Source of the DNA: an archaeon
Lineage (GTDB): Archaea; Nanobdellota; Nanobdellia; Pacearchaeales; GW2011-AR1
NCBI GenBank assembly: GCA_043797265.1
Contig: JAZDPV010000005.1
Location: forward strand, 1-27,972
DNA length: 27,972 bases
Reading direction: 5' to 3'
Shown: positions 25,006-27,972 of the stretch, piece after piece
Layout: each line of letters begins with the position of its first letter
How positions within the stretch are numbered: the stretch's first letter is position 1
Position numbers and translations under genes: made by a program
The notes under the pieces: model-generated
Database searches by the model: none
What the model was told of the DNA's origin: nothing
What the model saw: only the letters and a program-made list of their open reading frames with translations

Positions 25006-26945
25006 TATTCCTTCTTCCCGGAGTTTGTTTTAAGGATTTGTTTTATTTTGTCGACGGATTCGGGGTTGATTAATGTCATCAGGCCCTCTGGTTCTTCGTT
25101 GACTAATAATGCTTTGAGGATTCGTCGCATGATTTTTCCGGAGCGGGTTTTTGGGAGGTCTGGAATGAAAAAGATTTTTTGTGGACGTGCTGTGGGTCCG
25201 ATTTTTGTGTCGACGGATTTTTTTAGTTTTTTTTCTAATTCTTCTGAGCCTTGTCCGTGTTTTAGCACGACGAATGCGATTGGCACCTGTCCTTTTATTT
25301 TGTCTGGCATTGGCACGACTGCGCAGTCTCCTACAAATTTTCCGTCGTGTATTGCGTTTTCGACTTCTGCTGTTGATAACCGGTGTCCGGCGACTTTCAT
25401 GATGTCATCGGTTCTTCCGGTGATTCTGATTAGACCTTTTTGGAGGTAGGCGCCGTCGCTGGTGTCGTACATTGTTTTGAATTTTTTCCAGTAGGTGTCG
25501 ACATATTTTTTGTGGTTGTTGAAAATTCCGTGGAGCATTCCTGGGGCGAATGGGCTTTGTTGTGCGAGAAATCCTGGTTTTCCTTTTCGTACTGGTTTCC
25601 CGTCGTCGTTTACGATGATGTGTTTTGTTCCGGGGAAACTTTTGCCTGAGACGGTTGGGACGAATGGTCCGATTCCTGGCAGGACGTTTATCAGTGTTCC
25701 TCCGGTTTCGGTTTGCCACCATGTGTCTATGACTGGGCAACGGGAGCCGCCGATTTTGTTGAAGTACCACATCCATGATTCTTTGTCGATTGGTTCTCCG
25801 ACGGTGCCGAGAATTTTTAGAGAGGATAGGTTATATTTATTTATCCATTTTTGATTTTCTTTCATGAACATTCTGATTGCGGTTGGCGCGGTGTAGAAGA
25901 CGTTTACTTTGTGGTCTTGAATTATTTTCCACCATCTTCCTGGGTTTGGCGAAGTGGGACTGCCTTCGTAGATTAGTGTTGTCGCGCCGACGAGGAGTGG
26001 GCCGTACATTGCGTATGTGTGTCCGGTAATCCATCCGACGTCTGCGGTGCACCACATTATATCTTCGGGGTGGAGGTCGAAGTTCCATTTGGTTGTCCAG
26101 TATGCTTGTGTTGCGTAGCCGCCGGTGTCGTGCACTATTCCTTTTGGTCTTCCGGTTGTTCCAGATGTGTAGAGCAGAAACATTGTATCTTCTGAGTTCA
26201 TTATTTCTGGTTTACAATAGGAGTTTGTTTTTTCTAATTCGGTGTCGAAGTTCAAGAATTTTTTGCCTTTTAGTTTTTCGCCGATTCTATTGACTACTAT
26301 AACTTTTTTGATTGTTGTTTTTTTGACTGCTTTTTTTACTTTGTCGAGGAGGTTTTCTGGCTTGCCTCCGCGGTAATATCCGTCGGCGGTGATTAGTATT
26401 TTTGATTTTCCGTCTTGGATTCTTGTTTTTAACGCGTCGGCTGAGAATGCGCTAAAGACGACGGAATGTATTGCCCCGATTCTTGTGCATGCGAGCATTG
26501 AGATTAGGGCTTGTGGAATCATTGGCAAGTAGATTGAGACGACGTCGCCTTTTTTGATTTTGTTTTGTTTTAGGACGTTTGCGAATTTGTTTACTTTGTC
26601 GTAGAGTTCGCCGTAGGTTATTTTTATTGGTTTTTCTTTTGTTGGTTCTGGAATCCAGATTAGCGCTATTTTGTCTGGTTGGTCGAGATGTCTGTCGACG
26701 CAGTTTGTGCAGAAGTTTAGTTTTCCGCCTTTGAACCATTTGAAGTATGGGATTTTTTCTTCGTAGGGTTTGTCCCATTTTTTGTCCCATGTTAATCCTT
26801 TTTCAGCCAGTTTTTCCCAGAATTTTATTGGATTTTTTGCGGCTTTTTTGTAAATTTTTTTGTCGGTCATGTTTGCAATTTTTTTCATTGCATCGCTGGG
26901 CCAGAATATTTTTCTTTTTTTGACGACGTAGTTTGTTGGGTTCAT
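25005..26945 (-). CDS. acs: Acetyl-CoA synthetase (AMP-forming)
   Basis: YTSGTTGRPKG, WCTADVGWITGHTY, VGEPI, DTWWQTETGG, GRTDD, LPKTRSGKIMRR. Confidence 0.95.
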   Translation of the reverse strand: MNPTNYVVKKRKIFWPSDAMKKIANMTDKKIYKKAAKNPIKFWEKLAEKGLTWDKKWDKPYEEKIPYFKWFKGGKLNFCTNCVDRHLDQPDKIALIWIPEPTKEKPIKITYGELYDKVNKFANVLKQNKIKKGDVVSIYLPMIPQALISMLACTRIGAIHSVVFSAFSADALKTRIQDGKSKILITADGYYRGGKPENLLDKVKKAVKKTTIKKVIVVNRIGEKLKGKKFLNFDTELEKTNSYCKPEIMNSEDTMFLLYTSGTTGRPKGIVHDTGGYATQAYWTTKWNFDLHPEDIMWCTADVGWITGHTYAMYGPLLVGATTLIYEGSPTSPNPGRWWKIIQDHKVNVFYTAPTAIRMFMKENQKWINKYNLSSLKILGTVGEPIDKESWMWYFNKIGGSRCPVIDTWWQTETGGTLINVLPGIGPFVPTVSGKSFPGTKHIIVNDDGKPVRKGKPGFLAQQSPFAPGMLHGIFNNHKKYVDTYWKKFKTMYDTSDGAYLQKGLIRITGRTDDIMKVAGHRLSTAEVENAIHDGKFVGDCAVVPMPDKIKGQVPIAFVVLKHGQGSEELEKKLKKSVDTKIGPTARPQKIFFIPDLPKTRSGKIMRRILKALLVNEEPEGLMTLINPESVDKIKQILKTNSGKKE

Positions 26946-27548
26946 TTAGTCTTTGTCTATAAATTTTTGTTTTTCTTTTGTTCCTTTGTACCAAAGCATT
27001 TTTGTGTAGCCGGTGTTGTCTATCCAGTCAGGGTCGATTTTTAATGTTTCCAATATTTCTCTGATTTTCCGTCGGGCTTTTTCGATTTCGTTTGGCTGGC
27101 AGAGGTATTCTATTTCCATGAACCATCCGAGGTGTTTTACTTTGTTTAGTTCTATGGATGCTGTTTTGTCTTTTTTGTATTTGTAGGTTTCGTTGTATTT
27201 TATTTTTTTTACCCATTCGCGGAAGCCGAGGTCTTTGAATAGCGCCAAAAGGTCTTCGACTTCTTCTTTGCCTTTGAGTTTGAATTCGAATTCTTGTTTT
27301 ATGACGATGTCTTTGGTCCAGAATTTTGTCAGGTGTTTTTTGAAGTTGACTTCAAATTCGTCTTTGGTTGCCCGGATTCTGAATGCTTTTTTAGGATAGC
27401 ATTTTTTTATTTTTCTTCTTATCGCGAAGTAATCGTCTTCTTTTTTGCCTTTCTTTTCGAATCTTGCGATTTGTTTTATTTTTTCTCTTAAAGAATTGAC
27501 TTCCTCGTCGGGAATTTTCACTTTTGTTTCTACTTCAAGCCAGACCAT
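26946..27548 (-). CDS. CYTH-domain protein (class IV adenylate cyclase-like)
   Basis: ExExK motif LEVETKV, LGWFMEIE, GY near the C-terminus; probable ATG at 27548 behind the SD GAGGTGA. Confidence 0.85.
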   Translation of the reverse strand: MVWLEVETKVKIPDEEVNSLREKIKQIARFEKKGKKEDDYFAIRRKIKKCYPKKAFRIRATKDEFEVNFKKHLTKFWTKDIVIKQEFEFKLKGKEEVEDLLALFKDLGFREWVKKIKYNETYKYKKDKTASIELNKVKHLGWFMEIEYLCQPNEIEKARRKIREILETLKIDPDWIDNTGYTKMLWYKGTKEKQKFIDKD

Positions 27549-27596
27549 GTTCACCTCTTTGTTATTTGGAGGAGGTTGTTTATAAATTTATAGAAT

Positions 27597-27899
27597 TTAC
27601 ATTAGTCCTTCTTCGTCGATGCCGGCGTTATCGTCGTTTGTCGCGGAAGGTTTGATTGGTTTTGTTTTTTGTGTTTGAGTTTTATTTTTTAGGTCATCGG
27701 GTTTTATTGAGTTTATCATTTTTTTGAATTCGTCGAAGTTGTCGGCTTTGATTCGGACGCCGGCTTTTGTGAATCCGGTGTAGTTTTCTGATTTCACGAA
27801 TTCTCGAATTGTTAGTCCGGGGTTTCCGCCAAAGTCGTCGATTCTTATTAGGATGTCGGTGTCGTCGTTCTTTTTTATTTTGCCGATGTCTTTTTCCAT
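27597..27899 (-). CDS. PC4/YdbC-like ssDNA-binding protein
   Basis: IRIDDFGGNPGLTIREF...GFTKAGVRI matches the PC4-like pattern. Confidence 0.7.
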   Translation of the reverse strand: MEKDIGKIKKNDDTDILIRIDDFGGNPGLTIREFVKSENYTGFTKAGVRIKADNFDEFKKMINSIKPDDLKNKTQTQKTKPIKPSATNDDNAGIDEEGLM

Positions 27900-27945
27900 A
27901 GTTGATTGAGAGATGAGTGGTTTATAAGAATTTGGGTGGGAGGAA

Positions 27946-27972
27946 TGCCTTCGCAGGGAATCGAACCTGCGC
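27946..27972 (-). tRNA. 3' end of a tRNA (T-arm and acceptor strand), truncated by the window edge
   Basis: Minus strand GCGCAGG-TTCGATT-CCCTGCGAAGGCA. The T-arm is off by one nucleotide from canonical. Isotype cannot be determined. Confidence 0.6.

Overview
Archaeal chromosomal window, most likely from a DPANN lineage (Pacearchaeota/Woesearchaeota-like). The assignment is inferred from GatDE, TATA-type promoters, many class III signal-peptide proteins and compact genes. From left to right it holds: a type IV pilus/Tad-like locus (five pilin-like genes including an 850-aa vWA adhesin, an ATPase and two TadB/C platform proteins, interrupted by a nonsense-broken four-helix-bundle gene); HIT; an indirect aminoacylation cluster (bacterial-type aspS, gatE, gatD, gatB); an RRM protein; an amino-acid permease; a tRNA-Arg(UCG) locus; a bacterial-type sigma-70 gene; pyruvoyl arginine decarboxylase; TatD; and an operon of CYTH, acs and 2-oxoacid:ferredoxin oxidoreductase alpha/beta. 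The most unusual signals are non-coding. (1) The tRNA-Arg gene sits in a tandem duplication with decoy tRNA fragments, anti-tRNA segments and two covarying bulged hairpins inserted into tRNA copies, directly upstream of the sigma factor. (2) A ~650-nt structured element (12430-13080) has long-range pairing and encloses a compositionally foreign gene between inverted arms, with a possible empty relative at 10001-10073. (3) A family of GCTTCGC/GCGAAGC mini-hairpin repeats lies upstream of promoters and inside gatD, gatB and the oxidoreductase beta gene. All structure calls were made by eye; no searches or folding were run.
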